A stretch of DNA of 63,421 bases, counting the filler, from Aduncisulcus paluster (taxonomy: Eukaryota), in NCBI GenBank assembly GCA_024181965.1. It is 6 parts of 6 records of this genome, joined end to end, with 100 filler letters (N's around TTAATTAATTAA, not from the genome) between each part and the next. Parts side by side here need not be neighbours in the genome. Positions count along the whole stretch, not along the records: positions 1 to 28,911 come from BQXS01012548.1; 5 more parts are not named here. One strand, given 5' to 3'. The position numbers were made by a program, and so were the translations under genes. This document shows, piece by piece, positions 9,829-23,200 of the stretch (its first letter is position 1; each line of letters opens with the position of its first letter). Below the pieces are notes generated by a model that had not been told where the DNA came from, did no database searches, and saw only the letters and a program-made list of their open reading frames with translations.

Positions 9829-10401
9829 TTAGAATTTAGAAATAAGCTCGTCAACCATTTCCTTGACACCAGGGATAGTGAAATAAACACTTGCCACAAG
9901 AGCAATGAGACCGAGAATGACAAAAATAACGATGGAAGCGCATGACTTGCCTGACTTACCGAAGAACTGAATAATGGGTTCATGAAGGTCTAAACCCCTG
10001 AAAGTAAACTTCTTCACAATCTTCATAGGTTTGTCTTCTTCCTTTTCCTGAGTATTGGGGGCTTTGATATAGCAAATAGCAGTTGGCTCTTCAAGTTCCT
10101 CCTGCTGAACGGAGAAAAATTCAATCTTCTCTTGACGCACTTTGAAATGTTTTTTGACGATTCTCATATCCTTCTTTCCCATAATGAAACAATCTTGGTC
10201 TAAACGATCATAGAGAACAAGAATGGCACATTTAACCTCACTTGAAAGAATACGAGCTTCAGCATCCTCAACGGTCTCACAAGGAGTCATGAATTTATCA
10301 CTGAAGTTGAAAGCAACAGAACGCTTTTCGCCGGGTGGAAGTCTCTCCAATTTTTTAGCATTCTTATAATCCATTACTTGGTTTGTTGGATTTTTACACA
10401 T
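9829..10401 (-). CDS. Hypothetical protein with a C-terminal transmembrane helix
   Basis: 190-aa ORF ending in SIVIFVILGLIALVASVYFTI. Confidence 0.75.
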   Translation of the reverse strand: MCKNPTNQVMDYKNAKKLERLPPGEKRSVAFNFSDKFMTPCETVEDAEARILSSEVKCAILVLYDRLDQDCFIMGKKDMRIVKKHFKVRQEKIEFFSVQQEELEEPTAICYIKAPNTQEKEEDKPMKIVKKFTFRGLDLHEPIIQFFGKSGKSCASIVIFVILGLIALVASVYFTIPGVKEMVDELISKF

Positions 10402-10764
10402 TTATGAAAATAAATTATCTTGAGTTGGCTCTTCAAGTTCCTCCTGCTGAACGGAGAAAAATTCAATCTTCTCTTGACGCACTTTGAAATGTTTTTTGAC
10501 GATTCTCATATCCTTCTTTCCCATAATGAAACAATCTTGGTCTAAACGATCATAGAGAACAAGAATGGCACATTTAACCTCACTTGAAAGAATACGAGCT
10601 TCAGCATCCTCAACGGTCTCACAAGGAGTCATGAATTTATCACTGAAGTTGAAAGCAACAGAACGCTTTTCGCCGGGTGGAAGTCTCTCCAATTTTTTAG
10701 CATTCTTATAATCCATTACTTGGTTTGTTGGATTTTTACACATTTATGAAAATAAATTATCTTG
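10081..10764. repeat. Exact 342-bp tandem duplication creating truncated ORF 10402-10743
   Basis: 10081-10422 is repeated at 10423-10764. Confidence 0.9.
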
Positions 10765-11016
10765 ACTTGATGCACAAGAGTCAAATGAGTGAAAGGCGGA
10801 TGATGTCTTGATCTGAAAATCAAGGGTAAACCTAATTTAAGATGGGTGAGAAATATAGTAAAAGTTAATAATTCCTTCTTTAAAAATCAATATTTCCATT
10901 TAAATGAATAAAAATCTCCAAATTAATTTAATACAATCATTTCTTTTCAATAATAAAGGTCAGATCTAAAGAACACTTTTTTCTTTTCTTGGATTTTCTG
11001 ACAATTCTTCTGCAAA

Positions 11017-12550
11017 ATGAACAAAGCTTTGATTATTTTTTGTTTATTTATTACTTTAGCTTTTGTGAGCTGTGCTCATCACGTTGATTTCAGGTCCCAT
11101 TATCGCCAAGAAGCTGCTGATGTTCCCACGAATGATAACGCACAACAATTGTGGTTTGATGAGCAAATTCTTGATCATTTTGATCCTCTTAATTTTACTA
11201 CTTGGAGCCAACAATATTTTATAAATGATGAATTCTGTACCAGTGATAATTGTCCTGTGATAGTCAATATTGGAGGAGAAGGTCCTGAAAAGATTACTTC
11301 AATTACTGGTCATTTCTACATATATCAACAAGCTCAAGAACTCCTTGATGCACAAGAGTCAAATGAGTGAAAGGCGGATGATGTCTTGATCTGNNNNNNN
11401 NNNNNNNNNNNNNCAACAAGCTCAAGAACTCGGAGCTTTCCTTGTTTCTGTGGAACACCGGTTTTATGGTGAATCTGTCCCAACCAATGACACTTCCTTT
11501 GATAATCTTCAATATCTCAGTTCTCAACAAGCTCTTGCCGATCTTGCTACCATTAAACAACACGTCATTGATACCTACACCACATATGATCTTTCTCAAT
11601 CTGCTTGGATCACTGTTGGTGGATCTTATTCAGGTTGTCTTTCGGCCTGGGCTAGATTGAAGTACCCTCATCTTTATGCTGGTGCCATTGCTTCCTCTGG
11701 TCCCGTTCGTGCCTGGTTTAATTTCCCAGAGTATTTCGAAGTTGTTACCGATTCTTTGAGAACTTATGGTGGTGACCAATGTATCACTCGTATTCAAGCT
11801 GCCACTACCCTTGCTGAGCAATACATTCAGACCGAGAATGGTAGATCTTCTCTCGCTGAAATGTTTAATACTTGCTCTGATGTGTCAAATGAGACCAACG
11901 ATCGTGCCACTTTCTTCGATTCTCTCTCTGATCCCTTGGCTGGAACTGTTCAATATGCTAAGGAAGGAGATATTGAACACGCTTGTGATGTCCTCATTAA
12001 CAGTGACACTGATCCCCTCCAAGCCCTTGCCAACCTCATGGACGAATTCCAAGCTGGTGAGTGTGTTGAGAGTAACTACTCCAACATGATTGCTGAAATG
12101 TTGGAGACTGATCCGGCCAGTGAATTCCTCGCTGATCGTTCATGGACTTACCAAACATGTTTTGAATTTGGTTTCTACCAAACTACCACCGATTATGACC
12201 CATTCTCCCAATACATTGATATTGATTACTTTAAATCAATGTGTTATGATCTCTTTGCCCAGAGTGGTGAGACTGAAGTCATCCCCGATACTACTTTCAC
12301 TAACTTCTACTATGGTTCTGACAGGCCCCATGGTACCAATATTATCTTCCCCAATGGTACCGTTGACCCATGGCATGCTCTTGGTGTGACTGATGATGTC
12401 AGTCCTGAAGAACCTCACTTCATGATTCCCGATGGTTCTCACTGTTCTGATTTATACGCCGAGGCTGACACTGATCCCGTTGCCCTTTCTCAAATCAGAT
12501 TTGAGGAGACCAACCTCATGAAATCCTGGATTAAACAGTGGAGAAACTAA
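11017..12550 (+). CDS. Secreted/lysosomal serine peptidase family S28 (Pro-X carboxypeptidase/TSSP-like), split by an assembly gap
   Basis: Signal peptide; Q.LDHF, GGEG, EHRFYGES, GGSYSG (Ser), NGTVDPW (Asp), SHCSDL (His). CAACAAGCTCAAGAACTC occurs on both sides of the 20-N gap. Confidence 0.92.
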
Positions 12551-12873
12551 AAATTCTCTGTTTCGCTGAAATAAATAATAATAAGTATTCTCAGCTGAAA
12601 ATGTGTTAGATTTTGTGTAAATAATTCTATTAGTTGTTATTATTGTGGCTAATATAAGAGAATAAAAGACAAAACAAGTTGTTTGAAATTCCATGGGAAA
12701 TTCAAATATAATATAATCCTAATCCAAAAAAATAAATATATTCTTCACATAAGATTAATTCTTCCGCAAATTTTATTGGATATTATTTGTAGTCATTTGC
12801 TCAGAAATTGTAAGACAAAATCTCATTCTTTGAATACATACGATCAAAACCTATAGGAATTTGTGAATATAGT

Positions 12874-15800
12874 ATGCCCGACCATTCGTATGAAAAGGGG
12901 ATAAATAAGGTTTTGGAGGAGGAGCGCCAGAAAGTACAAGCTCAAGCTTTGGCTGCTTCTGAGAAAGCGGCTTCTGAAGTTGGCGAAGCTAAAATACGTT
13001 GCGATAAAGAAATATTGAGATCCAAAAAGGAATTTGAGGAAAAAATTGCTTTGAAAATTGCTGAACTTAAGCAAGACAAAGAAGCTGCTCTTCAAGCTCT
13101 GGCTGAGCAACATAGAAAAGCTTTGGCTGCCAAGGACAAAAAATTGGTTGAAGAAAAGGCTCTAATGGAGAAAAGAGAAGCAGCTTACAGAGCTGAACTT
13201 GGGAAAGAAAAATTGACCTTTGAAGAGTCTCTCCGGGTTAAAATGTCTGAAGAACGTGCTCAATTAAACAAACTCAATAATGGATATGATTTGGCTCGTC
13301 GTAAATTTGAGAGTGATGTTCTCAAAGATTCTGAAGAAAGGTTCCAAGCCCGAATTTCCAAAGTTAAGAAAGATCTGGAAGAATCCAATGAAAAGGAAAG
13401 AATTAGCATTGAAGAAATGAAAGCCACCCTTGAAGAAGCTAAAAGAGAAGAAATTACACGTTTCCGTACTACTTTAGAAGAGGAATTAGAACGCTCATTC
13501 AAAGAGAGAAAGGCTCGTATTGAAGACGTATTTCAACAAAAAGAAGCTGATTCAATGAAGAAAAGAGAAAATTGGAAGCATATGCGCAAAGAATTAAGTT
13601 CTGGAATGGATGAACAACTTGCCAAACTATGGAAACAAAGTAACATTGATCGCGAAGCTGATATTCAACGTATTTCTGCCTCTTTCAATGCGTCTGTTGC
13701 AGATATTCGTGAGAAATTTGAAAAATCTGTTCGTGAGAAAGAAGAGGAATGTGAACGTCGTGTCGTTTCTATTGAGAAAGAAATGGGTCAGCTTAGTGAA
13801 GATTATGAGCTTAAGAAACAAGAAATGAAGAGTAATCAGACCCACAAGACTTCTCAGTATCGTGTTAATCTCGAGCGTATATTCTCCGCTGAAAAGGACG
13901 ATTTGCGTAAAACTCTTGACAAGGATAGACAAACATGGAAAAAACAGCTTGAAAAACAAAAACTCGATCATATTGCCCAAATCCACAAACAAGAAGAGGA
14001 GTTTGAGAAAGAAGTTGAAAGACAGCGTCGTGTTTGGGAGCAGAAACGTGAGGAACTCTACTCACACATGCAGCAACAACTCAGCACCGCTGAGAAAGAG
14101 AAACTTGATGGTATCCGTGAAAGTGAGCGTAGATGTGCCCAAAGTATTGAGAGGGCTGCCATTGCCGCCGCGGCTGATATCCGTGCCCTTAACGAGAAGA
14201 TTGTTGCCATGAGAAACACCCATTCTGCTTCCATTGCTGAAATGCGCAGGAAACGTGAGGAAGACTTTACTAAACTTCAACAAACACACACCTCTGAGAT
14301 GGCTGAAGCAGAGGGGAAACTTCTGAGTGAGTTTGCCCTTAAACGGTCAGAACTAGAGAAGCAACAGACCGAGCGCATCAAGAAAATGCGCCAAGAACTT
14401 ATGAGGGAGCGTGAACAGCACATTAGTGATCTTGATAAGGTTGTTGAAGAAGAACGCTTGAGGCAAGACCAACTCAGAAAAGAAGAGCGGGAAAAATGGG
14501 AAGCTAAAGTTCAAGAAACCGAGAAATCTGGCAAAGAGTTGATTGAACAAGAGCGTTCTACCTTTTCCGAGCGTCTTCTTGAGATTGAAGAACAGAGGAC
14601 GACCTTCCAGGCTGAACAACTTGCCCAGAGTCGTAAGGAATCTCAGCATTCCATTGATATTGTCAAGCAGAGTGAAGCCAAAGAAAGACAAAACTTGGAA
14701 ACGAAGCACAAAGAGACTCTTGATAAGTTGACTGCTCTTCATGAGGCTCGTGTGATTGAACTTGAGAAAAGTTTTGAATTACGGGCTGCCAACATGAAGG
14801 AAGAGCACGACAAGTTACTCCAAGGTGCTAAAAAGGCTGCTGAGAATGCTCATGTGACTGCTACAATCCACATTGAGAAAGAACGTGAAGAGATTGATAA
14901 GTTGTATGTTGTTAAAATGCATGAGTTGAAGAGCATGCTTGCCAAAGAAAAGATTGAGATCGAAAACAAATTTAAGGAACAGCAAAAGGCTTTGATGTCA
15001 TCTTGGGAGCGTGAAAAGGCAGCCTTTGAGAGTAGGTTGACTTCTTCCACTGCTCTTGTCTCTGAAATGAGGGATAAGATGCGTGAAAGGGAGAAAGAAC
15101 TCCGTGAAGAGGCCTCCACTCGTGAATCTGAGATTTCGACTCGTTATGAAAGTCGTTTGACTGCCTCCCAAGCCATGATCGACGGTCTTCACCTCAATCA
15201 TAAGAAAGAGATTGAAAAGATTGCTGATAACTACACTCAATCTCAGATGGAGTTTGAGAGGTCTGTTCTTGCAAAGTCCTCTGCCGTCGTGGCTGAGGTT
15301 GAGAAAAGAAAAGACGGTGAGATTGAAGCTGCCGAACAAGCTGCCAAGGAAGCCTGGATGAAATGTGAACGTGAGATCACAAAAGCTCGCTCCGATAAGA
15401 GTAAGCTTGAAAATGAACTCCTTCTGAAACTCCGTGCCAGTGTAAGAGAAGAAGTCGATGATGAACGTGCAACATTACGTGCCCAGGGGGAGGAATTACG
15501 GGAGAAACTAACAACAGAGCGTGAGAAGATAACGGCTGATCATCTCAAGACTCTCGCTGAACGTCAAAAGAAGTCCGATGAACTGTCTTCATCCATGCAT
15601 GCCTCATACAAGGAACTAATTGAACAAGACAAGGTCGTTCACAAGGCTCACATTGAGAAAATGAGCTCTTCCCATGCGTCTGAGCTTGAGAAACTCTACA
15701 CTACAATCGACACTCTTGAAGGGGAATTGATTCGTCAGAAGGAGCTTGAGAATGTTTCTTCAGAGAAGAAGGTTGCCGATGCCGTTGAAGATGCCGACCA

Positions 15801-18800
15801 TGAAGCTCAAAAGCGGTTGCTCACACGTGAGAAGGAGTTGTCCGCCCAATATGAAGCTCTTCTCTCCCAACAGCGTGAACGCATCCGTTTGTTGTATTTA
15901 TCACACATTGAGCTTGAAGAAGACGTTCGTCGGAGATATACGAAGTGTCTTGCCGATGCCCAAGAACAACAACACAGAGCTGTGGATCGTTTGCATCAAG
16001 AACACCGCGCTGAGGTTGCCAAGGTTAAGGATTCCAATGTCAATTTGAAACGGGAACTGCTTGCTGACTACCTTCAAAAGGAGAAGAATTTGCGCATTAA
16101 GCTTGATGAGTTACTGGAACAAGAGAGAGATGCATGCAACGCCTCTGTTAATTTGAGTAAGTTGAGAACTCAACAAGATTGGAAACAACAGCGCCAAGAT
16201 ATTCTTGATCGTGAAAAGTCTTGGAAAGAGAAAGAAATTATTGAGACCAAGAAACACATCAGTGCTGTGAGCTCTGTGAAAGCTGATTGTGCCCGTGAGA
16301 AAGAAGATCTTGTTGCCCAACAAGCTGTTACTATTACTAAGCTTAAAGAGGAGACTGCTGCACAAATATCTGCCGTTAAAACAGAGATGGAGGCCAAAGC
16401 ACAGGCCCAACAGGATTCTCTTGTTGCTTCCCACGATGAACATGTTCGTTCTGTCATTAAGCTGAAAGACGAGGAGATGAAGAAAGACCAGGAGAGTCTT
16501 TTGGTTCAGAAACAAACTCTCCACTCTAACATCCTTGAGGCTCAGCACAACACCCAAGAAGCTGTCGCTCGTGTTCGCGTTTCTATCTTCGAGGAAGCCC
16601 TTGCCAACGCGAAGGAAGTCATGGCCGCCAAGAAACGTGCTCTTGACCGTCTGGAGGAAGAAAGGAGGAGAAAATTCAAGGAAGAGCAGGAATCCCTGTC
16701 TACCCAATTGAAGGATGAGCTTGAGAAGCTTAGACAACGTGAGCGCAAGCTTGAAGAGAAATATGAGAGACGCAGGGAAGAAGATAAGGTTAAGAATGAG
16801 CGCATGATCTCCCAGATTCGTACTGAGTGTGAACAGAGAATTGCCAGTGCCGTCAAGGAATGTGAGAATCGTCTTGCTCACCAAAAAGCTGAGTTCGATG
16901 ATACATTGACCAAGGAATCTGCTGTCTTCGAGAGTAAGCTTGCTGCCACTCTTCAGAGCCATTGCCAAGAGAAGACGAAACTCAGGGAATCATTGACTGA
17001 GGAAAGGAAGGTATTCCAAGCAAAAGAAAAGACTGTCCGCAAGGAAACTGAGAAGAAATTTGACACGTGTGAGAAGGATATCCGTGAAGAACATGAGAAG
17101 AAAATGTCCATTGTTCTTTCTGCTCACGCCTCTGAGATATCTGCTTTGAAGGAAACTCTTACCAAGGAAATCGTCACCCTCCGCGAACAAGTCGAGAAGA
17201 GAGAAGAGGAAATTGTCCGTAAACAGAGAGAGGCGAAGGAAGAAGAGGCTAGGAAATACACTGGAAAGCTCGAGGAAGCCCATCGTCAAATCAAAGCTGT
17301 TCTTGAGCAAGAATTCGGTGCCCGCAAGACAGAAATGGAGCGTGAGAAAGAGGAAGAGATCAGAAAGATTAAAGCCGATCTCCTTGCAAAAGGAGCTGTT
17401 CACGACACTTCTGTCCGTGCCCAATGTGAAGAGCGTTTGAGGTCAAAGGATCAGCATCATGCGGAAGAGTTGAAGCGTATTGAGGAGCTTCATACCCAAA
17501 AAGTTGCTGAGTTGAGAGAAGTCATCAAATCTGTGAAGGATGAGATGGAAGTTTCTAAGGATAAACTTCTTAAAGAGCAAGAACATGCTATCTTAACTGC
17601 TGAAGAGGACACCCACTCTTCACTCCAGCATACTCTTGCCACTCTCCGTGCCAAACATGACGAAGAGATCACGACTTTGAAATCTCAGCACGATCACGAC
17701 ATTTCTGTTCGTGCCGCTGAGTTCAAGCAAAAACAGCTCTCGATTGCCTCAGAGTTTTCTCAACGTGAAGCTGCTCTCAAGAAAGAAATTGAGGCTGAAC
17801 GTGCTTCTATTGATGTGAGGTTGCGTGAAAAAGAGAAGACAATTGAGAACACCATTGCCTTACAGACTCAGCATATTCGTGAAAGGTATGAACGCATGAG
17901 CAGTGATTTACATTCCCAATGTGATAGTGAGATTCGAGAAATCACTGACAAGATGCGTGAAATGAAGGAAACTCATGACAAGGAACGTGAAGAGTATGAG
18001 AAGATGGTTGCGGAGGAAGCTGTGCGTCGCATCAAGATGGAACAGCAGAAGTTTGTGGAAAGTATTGAAAAGAGAGAGCAAGAGCTCCGGGATATGGTTA
18101 AGACAGCCAAAGAGGAGTGCACCAGAGAGAAGAGAGAGCTTCGTGAACAATGTGAGAAGGATATGAAGGCCCACGAAGCCTCTCAAAGTGAGTGTTGCTG
18201 AGTTGAGAGAAGTCATCAAATCTGTGAAGGATGAGATGGAAGTTTCTAAGGATAAACTTCTTAAAGAGCAAGAACATGCTATCTTAACTGCTGAAGAGGA
18301 CACCCACTCTTCACTCCAGCATACTCTTGCCACTCTCCGTGCCAAACATGACGAAGAGATCACGACTTTGAAATCTCAGCACGATCACGACATTTCTGTT
18401 CGTGCCGCTGAGTTCAAGCAAAAACAGCTCTCGATTGCCTCAGAGTTTTCTCAACGTGAAGCTGCTCTCAAGAAAGAAATTGAGGCTGAACGTGCTTCTA
18501 TTGATGTGAGGTTGCGTGAAAAAGAGAAGACAATTGAGAACACCATTGCCTTACAGACTCAGCATATTCGTGAAAGGTATGAACGCATGAGCAGTGATTT
18601 ACATTCCCAATGTGATAGTGAGATTCGAGAAATCACTGACAAGATGCGTGAAATGAAGGAAACTCATGACAAGGAACGTGAAGAGTATGAGAAGATGGTT
18701 GCGGAGGAAGCTGTGCGTCGCATCAAGATGGAACAGCAGAAGTTTGTGGAAAGTATTGAAAAGAGAGAGCAAGAGCTCCGGGATATGGTTAAGACAGCCA

Positions 18801-19789
18801 AAGAGGAGTGCACCAGAGAGAAGAGAGAGCTTCGTGAACAATGTGAGAAGGATATGAAGGCCCACGAAGCCTCTCAAAGTGAGTTGATGGAACAATTCAA
18901 ATCCCAGTACATGGCTCTTGTTGACAAATGGGAACAAGATGTTGAGACTATGAGAAGTCAAAAAACCGAACTTGAGAGTGTTAACACCACACTCCTTGTT
19001 CGTTTGCGTAAACTCACTCACTCCGCCTCTGTGTGGAAACACGACTACCAACGTGCAACTCACACTCACTTTGACACTTTAATCTCCAACCTCAAGGGGA
19101 AGATTGAAGAGTTGGAAAGAGAGAATGGGAAATTACATGAAGAGAATGAGAACCTGACTTCAAGGATCGATGAAAATGCTGCCGCCGCTGCTGCTGTGGA
19201 TACCATGTCAATCCGTGCTCGTGAAGTTGAAGAAGAACGTGAAAAGGACGAGTTTGCCAAACAAACTGCTGAACAACGTGAAAAAGAGCGTCAGAGTGAA
19301 GGAATGCGCAAGTTACATGAATTGAAGAAATATCTTCGTGAAATGTGGAATAACTTAGAAGTTGATACCACTGATATTGCTACTTTCTTGTCATCTTTGC
19401 TTCAACACTTGACTTTCTCCCCTGAAGCTCTTGCCAAATGTGAAGCCGAGAAGAAACGCCTCGATGCTCTATTCCCTATTGTAAAGCTTGTAAGAGACCG
19501 TGAGAGTGCCAAACAAAGGTTAAAAGAGTTCTCTAAGCAAGCTTCGAATCCTGCAAGACTATTTAAGCGTTCTCAAGGAATGAAACGTGAGGCCATCCAA
19601 CGCGAGGAAATCTACACCGAAATTAAGAGATTAAACCAAGAATTGATTCCAAAATTGGATAATTATGAAAAGAAATTCGAAATTCCTTTCTTCTTCCATG
19701 GTAAAAGATACCTGGATCTCGTTGGGGTTGATTGTAGAAAGATTGAGCGTGAGGCTGAAAGAGCTAGAGACAAATCCTTCATGAAATGA
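12874..19789 (+). CDS. Giant coiled-coil protein (~2,074 aa once the duplication is removed) with a MAP65/ASE1/CCDC87-like C-terminus
   Basis: E/K/R/A heptad composition; C-terminal LREMWNNL...RLF...YEKKFEIPFFFHGKRYLD. The two ORFs fuse in frame if one 691-bp copy is deleted. Confidence 0.8.
17503..18884. repeat. Exact 691-bp tandem duplication causing a frameshift
   Basis: 17503-18193 is repeated at 18194-18884. Confidence 0.9.
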
Positions 19790-20211
19790 GTCAACTAACT
19801 TCTATTAAATTAATCATCGATGTAATAATCAACAAAATACAATAAAATTCGTTTTGAACTTCTTTATTAGGGACGGGCGGCATTCAATCCAGTTACGTTT
19901 TCTGACAATTGCGTCCCTATTTGAATAAGATTAAATATTCACCATAATCATACCTTTTCCCTAGATTTTCATGAAATAATGATAATTTTTCTTTCTATTT
20001 GGCCAGAAAAATTATTTCATGAGTTGGCCGAAAAATCTGAAATTAATATACGGATAAGTTAAAAAATCTCAATATTAAATTCATTTTATTCAGTTTGCAT
20101 ACCAATAAACGCTAATATAAAACTATAAAAGTGAAAGGCCAAGTTTGTTATCAAACACCTTTTATCTGACCATTTTGTCCTCAAAATTTTACATTAAAGA
20201 GCGTCTTTAAA

Positions 20212-23200
20212 ATGTTGATTCACTCAAATATAGAAAAAAGACTGTTCTTTGTAGAATGCCAAAAAGACATTGATCAAACTGCAGCTAGAAACATGTTGGA
20301 ATGGTTTCAAGCTGGAAATCACAAACAAATAGATGTTATTACTCCTTTATCAGTTATTTTGGCCCTTTTGAATACAAGTGAAAAAGATTTATATTGGTTT
20401 AGTGTGAAAGATAAAAAGTTCGTGCAAAATCTTAGAAAATATTTTGTTAAAAGTCCTGATAGTGATAAAAAAGATGTTGACAAACAGCTTTCATATAAAG
20501 ATTTGTTTTCTTTCCCCCAGAAGATAACATTACAACAACTCTATCAATGTGTTGGTATATATCTACGTGCTCAGGCTAGTTCAAAACTGAGAAAACAATT
20601 AATTGCAAAAGGAGTTGATGAAAAATATGTCTATAAAAAAGGACTTGAAATAGAACAATCTACAGATGATCAACCGGATAAGAAAGGATCAAAGGGTAAA
20701 ACAGATAAGAAAAAGGATAAAAACGATGATATCGACCATATTCAAATGCTTGAAAGTCTATTATCTGCACGATTAGCCCTTTTCTCCGAGTCTCCCCAAG
20801 AAAGTCCTGAATCATCGAAAAAAGGCAAAAAAGCTTCTATCGATTCTCTTGCTACGCCAACTCTGAATCCTATAATCCCCCAGGCCATCCGTGATGATCT
20901 TTCCCGACCCATTCCCTATGATGTCATACTACTGTGTGGATTTCCCTCTCCCTTTTCTCCTCCGATGAGCGATGAGTCGATCTTATCCCCCGTTGAGGAA
21001 GAGATGCTTGCTCGATTCATGCATGGACAAGATCCTTCGGGAGAATCTGGTGGAAAAGGAGGTAAAGGCAAGAAAAAAGAAGCCACACCTGTTGAAACTA
21101 CAGATCTGCCATTATTCCCTCCACAATCTCTGTTATGGGATTGTCCAACAATGCTGATTGACTGCGAATCAACTTGTGATATGTCATCAGAGTCATCCAA
21201 AGTATTTTACTCAGAACTCCGTGATATTATCCAACAATCCGGTCTGTCAATCGGTGGGCATTTCAGTATCACCCCTGATAACGATATCCCTTCGTCTTTG
21301 CCCCTTGTGCAGAGTTCCCCCGAGCTATTGAAGGTCCGTGATATTCTTGGTGATGAACTTGATCCCATGTATGAAGTTGCTGAGAAGAGATTGAAAGAGG
21401 AGGAAAAGAGACAACAAGAAGCAAAAGAAAGGGAAGACAAAGAACGTCTTGATCGAGTTAGAGAAAAAGCCAATGTTGATTCCTCTGAAAGCACTCCTTC
21501 CCCATTACAAGAACAGGCAAGTGAGTCGAAGCAACATGTCACACCTTTGCCAACAACTGGGCTTGTTGAAAGCGCTCAACCCAATAGTGAGGACGAAGAA
21601 GAGGAAGGCGATACCCCACGCTCTGCTGAGGAGACTGTAAAGCCTCAGTTCTTCCCATTTGGTGTGGCTCACTCCAAGTTCCCTTTACGTGCTTTCTTCC
21701 TCTCCCCACTCTGGTCTCGGACATCAAACGTCTTCCCACTAACAGTGACTGATATCAGCCAGCGCTCTCTTCTTGAAGAAAATGGCTCAAACTTCTTCAT
21801 GAGAAAACTTACAAAAGAAGAGCTTGAAGAACGCCAGAAAGAGAAGGGGAAACTACAAAAGGCCAAAGAGAAAGGAAAGAAGAAAGGAGCAGATTCTGAT
21901 GAGCCTGACCCATCTTCCCACGTGAAAGAACCGTTATATGTTCCAATTTCAAAAATGGACAAGCATCTCCTCTTATCAATGTGTTTGTCCACGAAGCTTC
22001 TCGATTCCTTGCGCAAATCTATCGCTCTCCCACATGTTTATCGTGCTTGGCTTGATTCTGGCAAAATATCACCCGATCATCCCAATTCCATTGTTAATCT
22101 CACTCCTTGGGGTGGAAATATCATTCCTGAGATGCCTCCTTCCATGAATTTCACTGTGGAAGCCTGGCAAGAGGAAGAAACATTGGAGGAACAAAAGGCG
22201 AGACTTGAGCGAGAGGAAGCTGAGAAGTTAAAGATGGAAGCTGACAAGGGAAAGAAGAAAGGTAAGCCAGGCGATAAGGGTGGCAAATCAACCTCGTTCC
22301 CAGAGAGCACGGATGATATTGAAGGTCCCTTGTTATTCTGGAAGTGTTGCTTTGGCATATCAACCTCATCATCTCTCCCTTCATTCTCTAAGGATTCTAG
22401 TGCAGTAATGCTGAGAGAATCCTTCCCAAAGGCGTCTGTTCGTTCAGTTGTTCCTTGCTCAATCCCTTCGTTGGTCCAGTTAGATGCTGTTCCACCCCTA
22501 AGACTCCAGGATTCCGAGGAAGAGAAGGATGGCAAGGAGGACAGGAAAGATACAGGGAAAGGCAAAGATACGTCAGCATTCCCCAATGATCTCTGTCCCT
22601 TTAACGAGTGGGGAGGCGTTTTGTTCGAGCAATTGCAGAAGATTGGCGCTGAAAAGGAAGCGAGACAAGAGAGAATTATGCTTGAAGATTTCATTTGTAA
22701 GTTTGGTGGAAATAAGATTCCCATTCCTGAAGATCATACTCGTGAGAAACTTGACGAGGCCTATGCCGCTGCTCGTGATACTATTTTTAGATCAGATGGT
22801 ATTGATTTTGTTGCCGTCAAGAAATATCTTCTTTCGAAGGGCAAGCTTGGTCGTCCTTCTAAATGGATGAAAGCTCAGGATAGGATTGAAGAAGAGCGAG
22901 AAATTCTGAATCAATCGGCAAAAGGGCGTCGCAAGGGAAAGAAGAAGGCCATTGAGCTATTTGAAGAAGACAGTGATAGTGCTATCAGTGATTATTCCAG
23001 AGCTAGAGCCTTGGAATCGGCCGTTATCGAGAAAGTATCCATCCGGTGGGTGAATGAGTTAGTCTCCATCGACCAGGCTATGCCAGTGGATGTATCCATT
23101 GATGGCATTGTTGATCACACAGACATTGAAACAGAATGGATGGATCTGTTTGGAGAGGATATCCAGGAACTCGAGGCGATCCATGTTGATGAAGAGGATG

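Noticed and set aside
10402..10743. 113-aa ORF as a separate paralogue
   Set aside because: Entirely produced by the exact 342-bp duplication.
10766..10816. C/D-box or U3-like snoRNA (GAGTGA, GATGATG, CTGA)
   Set aside because: No correctly placed box C with a terminal stem; too short for U3.
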